In this document: piece after piece, positions 1 to 9,587 of the stretch | How positions within the stretch are numbered: the stretch's first letter is position 1 | How the letters are laid out: each line of letters starts with the position of its first letter | Assembly: GCA_029259285.1 (NCBI GenBank) | Contig: JAPDJB010000052.1 | Coordinates: 1 to 36,528 of the forward strand | Direction of reading: 5' to 3' | Source of the DNA: Candidatus Bathyarchaeota archaeon | GTDB taxonomy: Archaea > Thermoproteota > Bathyarchaeia > TCS64 > B23 | DNA length: 36,528 nucleotides | Position numbers and translations under genes: made by a program | Notes under the pieces: model-generated | Seen by the model: only the letters and a program-made list of their open reading frames with translations | The model's database searches: none | What the model was told of the DNA's origin: nothing

Positions 1-506
1 GAGCATACGACGATCATCTTGGTCTCAGGCTTAATCGCCTCCTTCAGCTCCTCGATGTCGGGGTGGAAGCGCCTCTCCTCCCTCAGGGCGACGGGTGAGA
101 GCTTGAGATTCAGGTAGTTGAAGACGGGGGAGTAGCCCATATAGTAGGGTTCGAAGACTATGATGCCGTCACCTCGCTGTAGCAGGGCGACGAAGCAGGT
201 GAATAGGGCTGGGGTGCTCCCAGAGAACAATCTCACCTCCGACTCGGGGTCCCAATCGGTTCCGTATTGGCTGTGATACTCCGCCAGCGCCGTTCTGAGG
301 TCTATATATCCATCCCAGGCTGGATAGTGGGTCCACCCCTCCTCTATGGCCTTTATGGCTGCCTCCCTGATATGCTTCGGAGTCTCGAAGTCTGGGTCTC
401 CGGCGAGGAGGCTCATCACCCCCTCCATCTTCCTAACCTTCGCCAGGAATCTCCGGTAGACGGGTGTCTCAATCTCCCAGAGCCTTGGGTCTCCAAACCG
501 CCTCAT
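1..506 (-). CDS. PLP-dependent class I/II aminotransferase, N-terminal part (runs off the window edge)
   Basis: Not in the ORF track. Manual minus-strand translation from ATG at 506: MRRFGDPRLWEIETPVYRRFLAKVRKMEGVMSLLAGDPDFETPKHIREAAIKAIEEGWTHYPAWDGYIDLRTALAEY...GDGIIVFEPYYMGY...LKEAIKPETKMIVVC, the typical AspAT-family N-terminus (GDPDFxTP, THY, FEPxY). Confidence 0.9.
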   Translation of the reverse strand, partial: MRRFGDPRLWEIETPVYRRFLAKVRKMEGVMSLLAGDPDFETPKHIREAAIKAIEEGWTHYPAWDGYIDLRTALAEYHSQYGTDWDPESEVRLFSGSTPALFTCFVALLQRGDGIIVFEPYYMGYSPVFNYLNLKLSPVALREERRFHPDIEELKEAIKPETKMIVVC

Positions 507-534
507 AGGTCTCCACTATTCTATCCAGATGATG

Positions 535-541
535 TATAAAA
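535..541 (-). promoter_or_regulatory. TATA-box-like element for the aminotransferase gene
   Basis: TTTTATA on the minus strand about 29 nt upstream of ATG 506, in the divergent intergenic region. Confidence 0.55.
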
Positions 542-591
542 GGCTCCCCACCCCAACCCTTTAACCCTCCCGACTCCCTTAATCCCATGGA

Positions 592-1860
592 ATGTCCCTA
601 GAGAGAATTCTCTCGGAGGCTGAGGCCGCGAGGGATGAGGTGGTGAAGCTCTGCAGCGACCTCATAAAGTTCGACTCGGCGCATCCGGAGGGGAGAACCG
701 ATGAGTGCGTCGCATACATCCAGAGCTACATGGATCGACACGGCGTAGAGACCGAGATACACAGCCGGAACCCTAAGAAGCCGAACATAGTCGCCAGGAT
801 ACCAGGGGAAGGTGAGGCCAAAATCCTATGGGTAGGCCACCTCGATGTGGTTCCCATAGGTAAACCAGAGGAGTGGAGCCATCCACCCTATGGGGGAGAG
901 GTCGACGGCGTCTACATCTATGGCCGAGGCGCCTCCGATATGAAGGGGGCATGCGCAGCGGCGATGGTGGCTGCGAGACTCCTCAACGAGCTGGGCTGCA
1001 GAAACACCGTCGAGTTCTGGTTCACAGCCGATGAGGAGATCGGGGGAGGAGACGGAGCCAGATGGCTGGCTGAATCGGGGAGATTTAAGGGGGATATCTG
1101 CATCATAGGCGATGGAACAGGCGGAGGCCTGGAGCATCCAGCCATAGACATCGGATGTAAGGGAAGCGTCCCAACGAAGCTTATAGCCAGGGGCAAGACA
1201 GCCCATGGGAGCACACCCTTCCTTGGGGATAACGCCATAAAGAAGCTGATGAAAGCCATACCCCACGTCGAGAGGATCGCCGAGTTCAGGCTCAGCCTAC
1301 CAGAGGAGCTGGAGGAACCCATAAGGCAGTCGATTGAGTTTATTGAGGCGACGATAGAGCTGACCGATGAGCAGCGGGAGGCGGTGAAGAGGCTTTACCA
1401 CCATCCAACGGTGAGCTGCAACATCATCCAGGGCGGCGTGAAGCGGAACGTGGTGCCAGACTACGCTGAAGCCGTCTTCGACATCAGATTGACGCCTGGT
1501 AGCGATCCAAAGGCCGTGAAGAGACGTATAGAGAAGCTCGTCGAGGAGGCTGCCATACCAGGCGTAGAGGTGGAGGTTACGGCGCCGGAGCAGGCCGGAT
1601 ACTACGAGTCTCCGAACACCAGCTTCGCCAGGCAGCTCGCCGAAACCATAGAGCTGGTCACCGGAAAGAGGCCAATATTCAAGATTCTAACCGGTGGAAC
1701 CGACGCCATCAGCATAGAGCGCTATGCCCACATACCCTGCCTCGGCTATGGGCTGTCGATGGTTGGTGAGGCCCACAAGCCGGATGAGAAGAATAAGATA
1801 GAGAACCTCATCTTAGGCGTGAAGGTCTATACGCTGTTTCCGATGAGGTATAGGGCTTAG
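592..1860 (+). CDS. M20 family metallo-hydrolase (ArgE/DapE-like deacylase/peptidase)
   Basis: GHLDVV, GRGASDMKG, DEE, HGS-P, NVVP and C-terminal AH motifs. Confidence 0.9.
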   Translation: MSLERILSEAEAARDEVVKLCSDLIKFDSAHPEGRTDECVAYIQSYMDRHGVETEIHSRNPKKPNIVARIPGEGEAKILWVGHLDVVPIGKPEEWSHPPYGGEVDGVYIYGRGASDMKGACAAAMVAARLLNELGCRNTVEFWFTADEEIGGGDGARWLAESGRFKGDICIIGDGTGGGLEHPAIDIGCKGSVPTKLIARGKTAHGSTPFLGDNAIKKLMKAIPHVERIAEFRLSLPEELEEPIRQSIEFIEATIELTDEQREAVKRLYHHPTVSCNIIQGGVKRNVVPDYAEAVFDIRLTPGSDPKAVKRRIEKLVEEAAIPGVEVEVTAPEQAGYYESPNTSFARQLAETIELVTGKRPIFKILTGGTDAISIERYAHIPCLGYGLSMVGEAHKPDEKNKIENLILGVKVYTLFPMRYRA

Positions 1861-1903
1861 CGTAAACAATATTACCCACTTTATTTCCCGTAATACGATT
1901 CCC

Positions 1904-2365
1904 TTGAAGCCCGAACACCCAAAACCCAGATCCCTCTCCGAGGAGCTCCTAAGAGGAGCGAAGGATTTCCACGGCCATAGAGGGCCGTTCCTAATCCTCG
2001 GCCTAAGAATCGGCCTAGCAGCTCTAAGATTGCTGGATGCTGAGGGGTGGTTCGACCTAAAATGCAGGGTGAGGCTCCCCCTCAGGGTTCCTGAGACCTG
2101 CCTCCTCGATGGCATACAGTTCTCAACGGGATGCACCCTCGGCAAGCGTAACATCGAGGTTGAGGAGGGGGAGGAGATCAAGGCCTTCTTCGAGAAGCGA
2201 GATGGCGGACGCCTAGTCATCAAGGTGAGGCCTGAGGCCCTGATACGAATCAGGGAGGTCCTATCAAGAGGGATGGAGGGGATGATGGAGGAGGCTGAAC
2301 ATCTGCTTAAGGCGTCGGATGAGGAGCTCCTAGAGATATTCACCCCTTCCCCCACTTCCAGGTGA
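1904..2365 (+). CDS. FmdE/FwdE-family (formylmethanofuran dehydrogenase subunit E-like) zinc-binding protein, stand-alone
   Basis: FHGHxGP...TCLLDGIQxxTGCTLGKRN signature. Confidence 0.85.
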   Translation: MKPEHPKPRSLSEELLRGAKDFHGHRGPFLILGLRIGLAALRLLDAEGWFDLKCRVRLPLRVPETCLLDGIQFSTGCTLGKRNIEVEEGEEIKAFFEKRDGGRLVIKVRPEALIRIREVLSRGMEGMMEEAEHLLKASDEELLEIFTPSPTSR

Positions 2366-2402
2366 ACCAATCCTTTTATCCTCAGCATGGAAGTCTAACC
2401 CG

Positions 2403-3104
2403 ATGAAGGCGAGGTTCCTCCTCATCGGAGTCCTCATCGTCCTCGTAGTAGGCGTCCTCACCACCTATGCGGCGACTCCAGATGTCTCAGCCCTAGAGGA
2501 GAGGATCAGGGAGCTGGAGGAGGAGCTTGAGGGGCGGGAGGCTACGATAGAAGCCCTCCAGGGCGAGCTGGAGGATAAGGAGGCTGAGATTGAAAGCCTG
2601 GAGAGGCAGCTCTCAGGGCTTGAGGCGGAACTCTCCCAGTTGAGAGAGCAGCTCAACATCACCCTCATCGCCGTCAGCTTCTCAAGAACCGAGGATACGA
2701 GCAGCCTCATCAGGAGCTGGATCGACAGGGCCAACGAGTCGATCAGGGTGATGGTGATGCTCATCACCCAGGACGAGCTGGCCGACTCCCTCATAGATGC
2801 TCACAGGAGAGGAGTCGATGTAGACGTCATCATAGATGACGACTGGCTATATAAAACCGGAAGCGACTATGAGCGACTGCTGGAGGCCGGGGTGGACATC
2901 CGAGGGGACGATAGGCCGGGTCTGATGCACCACAAGGTTGTGGTCATCGACGGCTGCATAGTCATCACCGGCAGCTATAATTGGAGCAGGTCGGCGGAGG
3001 AGAGTAACGATGAGAACATAATCATATTGAGGAGCAGCCTCATCGCCGAGGAATACCTGGAGGAGTTCAATAGAATCTGGGCTGGGACCACGCCTGGGAG
3101 TTAA
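2403..3104 (+). CDS. Membrane-anchored coiled-coil protein with a single-HKD PLD/Nuc-like domain
   Basis: N-terminal hydrophobic helix, heptad-rich acidic coiled coil (about aa 30-85), and HHKVVVID...GSYNW...NDEN motif. Confidence 0.85.
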   Translation: MKARFLLIGVLIVLVVGVLTTYAATPDVSALEERIRELEEELEGREATIEALQGELEDKEAEIESLERQLSGLEAELSQLREQLNITLIAVSFSRTEDTSSLIRSWIDRANESIRVMVMLITQDELADSLIDAHRRGVDVDVIIDDDWLYKTGSDYERLLEAGVDIRGDDRPGLMHHKVVVIDGCIVITGSYNWSRSAEESNDENIIILRSSLIAEEYLEEFNRIWAGTTPGS

Positions 3105-3993
3105 GGGTCAAATCACCCGCAGGTATGAGATGGCTTCCATCGCAGCTTGGAGCCGTATGGAGCTTTGGGAATCCCTCCCTACAGGTTGCGAAGGTTAAAC
3201 CCAATCGATCGCATAGGTCTCTAACCTCCCTCATCAGTTTAAGCCTCATCTCCCTTGGGAGATACCAGCTTCGCCCCCTTCTCTCTCCCCTGTCGAAGTA
3301 GAGGTGTCTCAGCCTTTCGCTCTCCTCTGGGAAGGCCTCGCTGACCCTCAGCCAGCTGTCCCATCGGGGTTTGAAGGTGCTGGAGACGACGTGGACGACG
3401 CCGGCTCTCTCGGCCTCGGTCAGCAGCTCCTCGATCGAGTCGTCGGTGATCCCTAGTATGATGGGATCGAGCCTCAGGCCTACGGGAATCCCATGGGCTG
3501 TTAGCTCCTCGATGATTTCAAGCCTTCTCATAGGCCTCGGAGCCTTAGGTTCGAGTCTTCCAGCGATATGGTCGTCGAGGGTTGTTATCGTCACCGTCAC
3601 CGCCGCCCTCAGCTCTTGTAGCAGGTCTATGTCTCTCAGGATGGTGTCCCCCTTTGTCACTATGAGGATCCTCAGGTTTCTCCCAGCGAACTCCTCTAGG
3701 CATCTCCTCGTCAGCCTCAGCCTCCTCTCCATAGGTGGATAGGGGTCTGAGCTATTCGACATCGAGATCAATGTGTCCTCAGGTATTCTCCTCAGGTCTC
3801 TCCTCACCATCTCTATGAGGCTGCGTTTAGGCCTGCAGTTGTAGAAGTCCTTGATGTAGGAGGAGGCGTAGCAGTAGAGGCAGCCGTGTTCACAGCCCGT
3901 ATATGGGTCGAGGGAGAGCTTCGGTGGACAGGTGCAGAGGGGACTTCTCCATGGGTCGAAGGGCCTTATGATCCGTGTTCTCAGCCTCTCCAA
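3067..3993 (-). CDS. Radical SAM protein, SPL/SplB-like archaeal family
   Basis: DPYTGCEHGCLYCY (CxxxCxxC), SDPYPPxE, TK, LEP motifs. The 3' end overlaps the convergent PLD gene. Confidence 0.88.
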   Translation of the reverse strand: MERLRTRIIRPFDPWRSPLCTCPPKLSLDPYTGCEHGCLYCYASSYIKDFYNCRPKRSLIEMVRRDLRRIPEDTLISMSNSSDPYPPMERRLRLTRRCLEEFAGRNLRILIVTKGDTILRDIDLLQELRAAVTVTITTLDDHIAGRLEPKAPRPMRRLEIIEELTAHGIPVGLRLDPIILGITDDSIEELLTEAERAGVVHVVSSTFKPRWDSWLRVSEAFPEESERLRHLYFDRGERRGRSWYLPREMRLKLMREVRDLCDRLGLTFATCREGFPKLHTAPSCDGSHLIPAGDLTLNSQAWSQPRFY

Positions 3994-4008
3994 CTCGCCT
4001 TAGACTCC

Positions 4009-5742
4009 TTATCTCTCCAGCTTTCTCAGGAGTTCGTCGACGGGTAGGGTGTTGATGACATCCCCTGGCTCCAGCCATCCCCTCCTTGCGACGGCTACAC
4101 CGAGGTTTAGGAACTCCATGTGATTCGGGGCGTGTGCATCGGTTCCTATACTCATCACTATGCCATGCTCCTTTGCGGCCTTTGCGTTGACGTCGTTGAG
4201 GTCTAAGCGGTTTGGGAAGGCGTTTATCTCCATCAGCACCTCCTGCTCGGCTGCGGCCTCGAAGACCTTGTCGAGGTTCAGTGCGTAGGGTCTCCGTCGA
4301 AGTATGATCCTCCCCGTTGGGTGGCCTATGGCTGAGACGTAGTCGTTGTGGATCGCCCTTATCATGCGCTCCGTCATCTGCCTCTCATCGGCCTTAAAGC
4401 CAGAGTGGATGCTGGCGACGACGAAGTCGAGGTCTTTGAGCACTGAGTCTGGTAGGTCGAGGCTTCCATCAGCCTTTATGTCGACCTCGATGCCCTTCAG
4501 CACCGTGAAGCCTTCAAGCCGTTCGTTCAGCCTATCGATCTCAGCCATCTGTTTTCGGAGGCGTTCCTCATCTAAGCCTCTGGCGATGCCCATGGACTTC
4601 GAGTGATCGCAGATGGCGATGTATTCGAGGCCGAGGCTCATCGCCTTCTGAGCCATCTCCTCTATGGTTCCTGTTCCGTCGCTCCACTTCGTATGTATAT
4701 GGAGGTCTCCCCTTATCTCCTCCTCCTTCACGAGTCGGGGCAGCCGTCCCTCCATAGCCGCCTCGATCTCCCCTCGGTCCTCCCTCAATTCAGGCTCGAT
4801 CCACTCTAGGCCGAGGGCCTTGTAGACGCTCTCCTCGGTCTCCCCAGCTATGCGTTCACCTGTCTCCCTATCGAATAGGCCATATTCGTTGAGCTTATAC
4901 CCCTTCTTCACGGCGATAGTCCTCAGCTTTATGTTATGCGCCTTGGAGCCTGTGAAGTATTGGAGCGCAGACCCATAGGATTCAGGGGGTATAACTCTCA
5001 GGTCTACTTGGAGATTGGCGCCTATGATGACTGTGCTCCGAGTCGTCCCCTGGGAGATCACCCTGGAGACCCTCGGCATAGAGACGAATCGCTCGACAAC
5101 CTCCTCAGGCCTCGTCGAGAGGACGAGTATATCGAGGTCTCCAACGGTCTCCTTGCGTCTCCTCGCCGATCCAGCGGGTTCTATTCTGAGAACGGCGTCA
5201 CACCCCTTCATGTAAGCCACGATCTCATCGATGACGGGTAGGATGGCTCCGAGGAGGAAGCGCTCCTGTCGACGTCTATACTCCTCTATGCTTTGGAGGA
5301 TGTTCTCCTCGGTCTTGGGGCCGAAGCCCTTTAGACGTCTGATCTTCCCAGCCTTAGCCGCCTTCTCCAACTCGTCTATAGAGTTGATCCCCAATTCCTC
5401 GTAGAGCCTCATCGCCTTCTTAGGCCCAACGCCGTCCAGCTCTATGAGCTCCATCACGCCCCTTGGAAGACCCTCCCTGAGCTCCTCCAGCTTACTGCTC
5501 TGCCCCGTCTCAAGATACTCCTCTATCACCGCCGCTATGCTCTTCCCAACCCCTGGAATCGATTGGAGTTCTCCCCGCTGCCATATCTTCCTTATATCCT
5601 CCGTCAGCGACCCAATCCGCTGAGCAGCCATCATATACGCCCTGCTACGATACTGCTCCCCCTTCAGGGCGTAGAGCTCGCTGATCTCATAGAGAATCTC
5701 AGCCACCTCAGCGTTTACACTCATCCCCTTTAGAGGATTCAA
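4009..5742 (-). CDS. polX: DNA polymerase X / PHP 3'-5' exonuclease
   Basis: HhH motifs (IPGVG, LDGVGPK, LKGFG), GSARR...GDLDIL, QVDLR, YFTGSK; PHP domain DLHIHT...DH...GIE...TDAH. Confidence 0.95.
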   Translation of the reverse strand: MNPLKGMSVNAEVAEILYEISELYALKGEQYRSRAYMMAAQRIGSLTEDIRKIWQRGELQSIPGVGKSIAAVIEEYLETGQSSKLEELREGLPRGVMELIELDGVGPKKAMRLYEELGINSIDELEKAAKAGKIRRLKGFGPKTEENILQSIEEYRRRQERFLLGAILPVIDEIVAYMKGCDAVLRIEPAGSARRRKETVGDLDILVLSTRPEEVVERFVSMPRVSRVISQGTTRSTVIIGANLQVDLRVIPPESYGSALQYFTGSKAHNIKLRTIAVKKGYKLNEYGLFDRETGERIAGETEESVYKALGLEWIEPELREDRGEIEAAMEGRLPRLVKEEEIRGDLHIHTKWSDGTGTIEEMAQKAMSLGLEYIAICDHSKSMGIARGLDEERLRKQMAEIDRLNERLEGFTVLKGIEVDIKADGSLDLPDSVLKDLDFVVASIHSGFKADERQMTERMIRAIHNDYVSAIGHPTGRIILRRRPYALNLDKVFEAAAEQEVLMEINAFPNRLDLNDVNAKAAKEHGIVMSIGTDAHAPNHMEFLNLGVAVARRGWLEPGDVINTLPVDELLRKLER

Positions 5743-5778
5743 GAGGCCTCCTATTAAGATTGAGCTGAGAATGGATGG

Positions 5779-7017
5779 TCAGCTTGACTCTGAGATAGCT
5801 CTCCTATGGGCCTCCTTCACCTCCTCCAGCAGCCTTGGGTCTAGAATGAGCTCTAGGGCTGCGAGGGCCATGGCCTTGGCTCCGATCTCGATGGCTCTAT
5901 GCCCCCTCTCCGTCATCGTCGCCTCGGCGAACTCCCTTGTGTGGAGTGCCACTCCCTCAGGGGCGATGGAGATCATGGGATGGATCGCGGGAACTACATG
6001 GGTGACGTCTGAGAAGTCTGTGCTCGCCATGGGGATCCTCCTAGCCGTCAGCTCAGGCGGCTCCACCTCCTCCCCAAGCTCGCTGAGGATCCTGTAAAGG
6101 AGTCTCTCCAGGGGTTCATTTCTCACGTTTGATCTCAGTCCAGGCCGTACATCGATGTGGACTTCGCATCCCGTCGCTATGGCTGCGCCTCGGGCGCAGT
6201 TCTTCATCATCTTCACGAGTTCTGGTATATAGCTGTCGTCGCTGCTTCTCACGCCGAATTGAAGGACTGCCCTATCGGGTATAATATTCGATGCGGCTCC
6301 CCCCTCCCTTATTATGCCATGGATCACGGCGTTGGCGTCTCGTCTAAGCTGCTGTCGATTTGCGTGAACCGCCATATACATCAAAACAGCGGCGTTTAAG
6401 GCGTTTACGCCTAGATGGGGGAAGGCTGCGGCATGGGCGGCTCGACCCTTGAACTCCACGGTGATGCCGGTCACAGCTAGGAATCCCTCATTCACCCTTG
6501 TTATCCCGCTGGTTGGATGGATCATCATCGCGACGTCGAGATCGTCGAAGAGGCCTGCCTCTGCCATACGCCTCTTAGCTCCGGCGCTGGGGCCACGCCC
6601 CTCCTCCGCTGGGGTTCCATAGACGAAGACGGTTCCAGCAACTTCATCTAACACCCTTCTAAGGGCTATTCCAGCCCCTATGGCCGCGGCTCCTATTATG
6701 TTGTGGCCGCATCCATGCCCTATCTCAGGTAGGGCGTCATACTCCGCCATGAAGGCGATCTTCGGCGTTGGGCCTACTCCGCTGTATGAGGCCCTGAAGG
6801 CCGTCGGCATGTTCAGTATCCCCCTTTCAACCTTGAAGCCGTGTCTCTCCAGCTCCTCCGACAGCCTCTTAGAGGCCTCATACTCCTCGCTCCCCAGCTC
6901 GGGATGCATCCCAATCCAGTCGCTCAGCTCGATGAGCCTTGGAAGAAGTCTATCAACCTCCTCTAAAACGAGCTTCTTCAATCGTTCTTCGTCGCGCATC
7001 ATCAACCTCTCTATCAC
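5779..7017 (-). CDS. M20D amidohydrolase (ACY1L2/AbgB-like)
   Basis: HPELGxEE, EYDAL, HGCGHN, PAEE, AHAA-P motifs. Confidence 0.88.
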   Translation of the reverse strand: MIERLMMRDEERLKKLVLEEVDRLLPRLIELSDWIGMHPELGSEEYEASKRLSEELERHGFKVERGILNMPTAFRASYSGVGPTPKIAFMAEYDALPEIGHGCGHNIIGAAAIGAGIALRRVLDEVAGTVFVYGTPAEEGRGPSAGAKRRMAEAGLFDDLDVAMMIHPTSGITRVNEGFLAVTGITVEFKGRAAHAAAFPHLGVNALNAAVLMYMAVHANRQQLRRDANAVIHGIIREGGAASNIIPDRAVLQFGVRSSDDSYIPELVKMMKNCARGAAIATGCEVHIDVRPGLRSNVRNEPLERLLYRILSELGEEVEPPELTARRIPMASTDFSDVTHVVPAIHPMISIAPEGVALHTREFAEATMTERGHRAIEIGAKAMALAALELILDPRLLEEVKEAHRRAISESS

Positions 7018-7051
7018 CTCTCATAGCGTTAATAAGTCTTTGAAGAAACTC

Positions 7052-8302
7052 TCATGATCCCCTCTTGCTTCCGCCTAGGATCCCTCGCGCCACTATTGGC
7101 CCTAGAAGCGCTCCGTAGAGTATTGTTCCGAGGACGATGGGGAGGCAGAGGTTTGTGTAGGCCTCGGGGTGTTGGAAGAAGTGGTGGGCTGGATCATAGA
7201 GGTTTGGGAGTTGGGACATGACGAGGGCTGGTAGACCGTTAGCGAATATGAGGGCCGTTATGATGGTCTCGTTTCTCGTGAAGTGGAGGGGCTTTGAGAT
7301 GGTCTTCACCGCCATAAGCCTTATGACTGCGAGGAGGAGGACGAGGAGGAGGCCCGTTGTGATATATCTCTCCGTCGGCTGGGAGATGAGGCCTATGAAG
7401 ACGAAGAAGAAGGATTTTATGAAGAAGGTGATCTCCTCGTGGAACTCTCTGAGGTAATACTTATCGATCCAAACCCTCTCCTCAAGACCGATGCTTCTGA
7501 AGATGTAGTTGAAGTTGGTTATGGCTAGGCCGAAGGTGAGAGCTGAGACGGGGCCTCCCCCAGGGCCTATGAAGGATTCGGTGAAGACGTAGATGGGGAA
7601 TAGGGCTGCCATGGTCAGGATGTAGTTTAGAGGCCTCCCCCTGAGGAGGTGTAGAACCTTAGCCCAGAGGATGCCCGCGGCGAAGCCTATGATGGTGGAG
7701 GCTGAGAAGGTGAGGATAATCCTAAAGGCCGCATCGAGGGGGGAGACGCCCCGCATCATGATCATCTTGATGATGGTCATGGAGGTGATGATGCAGAGGG
7801 GATCCGAGATCACGGATTCCATCATCAATATCACCTTAGCCCCATCCATATCGATCAGCCTTTCAAGGTTGGCGAGGATGCTGAACACCGAGACGGTGCT
7901 GGTTCCCCCGATCATGGAGGCGAAGAGCATCGCCTGGAGCGGCGTGAAGCTGTCCGGCATGTAGAGGTGGAGGAGGACGCCGACGGTGATGAGGGTTATG
8001 GTGAAGGTCACGAGGCAGAGCGTCACCGCCTTATCCATCGTCTCTAAGACCTCCCTCACATCGACGTTGATGCCGGCGTCGAAGAGGATGACGATGAGGG
8101 CGATGATACACATCAGCGGTGAGAGTGATTCGAAGGTTGCGGTCTTCAGAAGATGAAGGATTGGGCCTAGGAGGAGGCCGAAGCTCAGCAGCCAGACCAC
8201 ATCCGGTATCCTTGTCCTATCATAGATGAGGCCACTGAGATAGCTGAGGAAGAGAGTGGATGAGATGAGTATTAGAAGTTCTCCTGCCTTAATCAAAACC
8301 AA
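7052..8302 (-). CDS. Cation:proton antiporter (CPA1/NhaP-like)
   Basis: About 12-13 hydrophobic segments; ILFDAG, ESxxSDP and FFFVFIG motifs. The start may be the TTG at 8296. Confidence 0.85.
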   Translation of the reverse strand: MVLIKAGELLILISSTLFLSYLSGLIYDRTRIPDVVWLLSFGLLLGPILHLLKTATFESLSPLMCIIALIVILFDAGINVDVREVLETMDKAVTLCLVTFTITLITVGVLLHLYMPDSFTPLQAMLFASMIGGTSTVSVFSILANLERLIDMDGAKVILMMESVISDPLCIITSMTIIKMIMMRGVSPLDAAFRIILTFSASTIIGFAAGILWAKVLHLLRGRPLNYILTMAALFPIYVFTESFIGPGGGPVSALTFGLAITNFNYIFRSIGLEERVWIDKYYLREFHEEITFFIKSFFFVFIGLISQPTERYITTGLLLVLLLAVIRLMAVKTISKPLHFTRNETIITALIFANGLPALVMSQLPNLYDPAHHFFQHPEAYTNLCLPIVLGTILYGALLGPIVARGILGGSKRGS

Positions 8303-8407
8303 TCACCAGGGGACGAAGGAAACAAAAGCAGTGATTGCTTCCTATCCACCGCTCTTATTTAAGGGTTTCGACCCCCTATCTTCATAACTACCTTAAACAT
8401 AGATTGA

Positions 8408-9583
8408 TTGATGCCCCTGAACGAGGAGAGGGCTAGAAGCCTGATGGCTGAGAGGGGGGTTGAGGCCCTAATAGCTACGTCTCCCCAGAACGTCTATTAC
8501 ATCACCGATTATTGGAGCGATGGATTAGAGCTTGGAGCTTCAGAGGCCTACGCCATACTCCCCCTTGATGGAGCTCCACTCCTCATCGCCCCCGTGGATG
8601 AGGTCGACCTGATAGCTGAGGGTGAAGCCGTCTTCGAGTCCCTATACCTCTATGGTTCACCAGGCTTCGAGGCCTCAGCCGATTGGACGGCGGAGAGGAC
8701 GGGGGAGATCCTCGGCCTTCTAGAGAGATCCAAGATATATGTTGACGCCCCCTCAGCCCTCTCAGCCGCCCTGAGAGACCTCAAGCCATCTGGGAGAGTC
8801 GCCCTCAACTCCTCTGGACTCTCCCCTCAAAGCCTTGAGGCCTTGAGGGGGAGGCTTGGAGACTTTGAGGTGGTGGAGGGCTTTGAGCTGTTGAGGGAGA
8901 TGAGGATGGTGAAGACGCCTGTTGAGGTGGAGAGATTGAGGAGGGCGACGGAGGTTCTGGAGAAGGCGATGGAGGACGCCCTGGAGATCATCGGCTCAGG
9001 GGTATCGGAGCTTGAGGCTTCAGGGATGTTCAGATACTCTCTCGCCTCCGATGGGGGTGTGGAGACCCTCATCCTCCTCGGCTTTGGGGAGAGAAGCTCC
9101 TACCCGAACCCCCTCCCCTCAACCCTTGAGGCGGCGAGGGGAGATGTCATCAGGATGAGGCTTGGCTGCACCCTAGGCCACTACCACTCAAGGGTCTCTA
9201 GGACGGCCACCCTGGGGAGGCCGAGGAGGGAGGTTAGGGAGCGGTGGGAGGCTGTGCTCTCAGCCCAGGATGCAGCCCTAGAGGCCCTGGAGCCTGGAGC
9301 CTCAGCCTCAGAGGTCTATGAGAGGGCGGAGAGGAGGCTGAGGGAAGGAGGCTTAAGAGGTTTAGGCCTCTCCATAGGCTCTGGGATCGGCCTTGAAGCC
9401 TATGAGCCTCCTAGGATTAGACGTGGCAGCGATGAGGAGCTCCTGGAGGGGATGGTGATAACCCTCGATGTCAGAAGTCTCAAATTTGGCTCCTATGGGG
9501 TTGAGGTGGAGGATCTCTACCACATTACAGGGGACGGAGCCGAGCCATTGACGAGGACGGCGAGGGAGCTCTACCTGCTATGA
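8408..9583 (+). CDS. M24 (Xaa-Pro peptidase/creatinase fold) protein with degenerate metal-binding residues
   Basis: Creatinase-like N-domain (NVYYIT), RMVKTPxE linker and pita-bread domain, but canonical ligands are replaced (see findings). ATG at 8411. Confidence 0.8.
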   Translation: MMPLNEERARSLMAERGVEALIATSPQNVYYITDYWSDGLELGASEAYAILPLDGAPLLIAPVDEVDLIAEGEAVFESLYLYGSPGFEASADWTAERTGEILGLLERSKIYVDAPSALSAALRDLKPSGRVALNSSGLSPQSLEALRGRLGDFEVVEGFELLREMRMVKTPVEVERLRRATEVLEKAMEDALEIIGSGVSELEASGMFRYSLASDGGVETLILLGFGERSSYPNPLPSTLEAARGDVIRMRLGCTLGHYHSRVSRTATLGRPRREVRERWEAVLSAQDAALEALEPGASASEVYERAERRLREGGLRGLGLSIGSGIGLEAYEPPRIRRGSDEELLEGMVITLDVRSLKFGSYGVEVEDLYHITGDGAEPLTRTARELYLL

Positions 9584-9587
9584 TGCG

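Noticed and set aside
267-539. 90-aa plus-strand ORF in the track
   Set aside because: It is the antisense shadow of the minus-strand aminotransferase, which has clear family motifs.
1904-2365. FmdE as evidence of methanogenesis
   Set aside because: It is stand-alone, with no fwd/fmd catalytic subunits nearby, and the family is widespread in non-methanogens.
3067-3104. 38-nt convergent overlap of the PLD and radical SAM genes as antisense regulation
   Set aside because: Short tail-to-tail overlaps are common in compact archaeal genomes, and nothing else supports a regulatory role.
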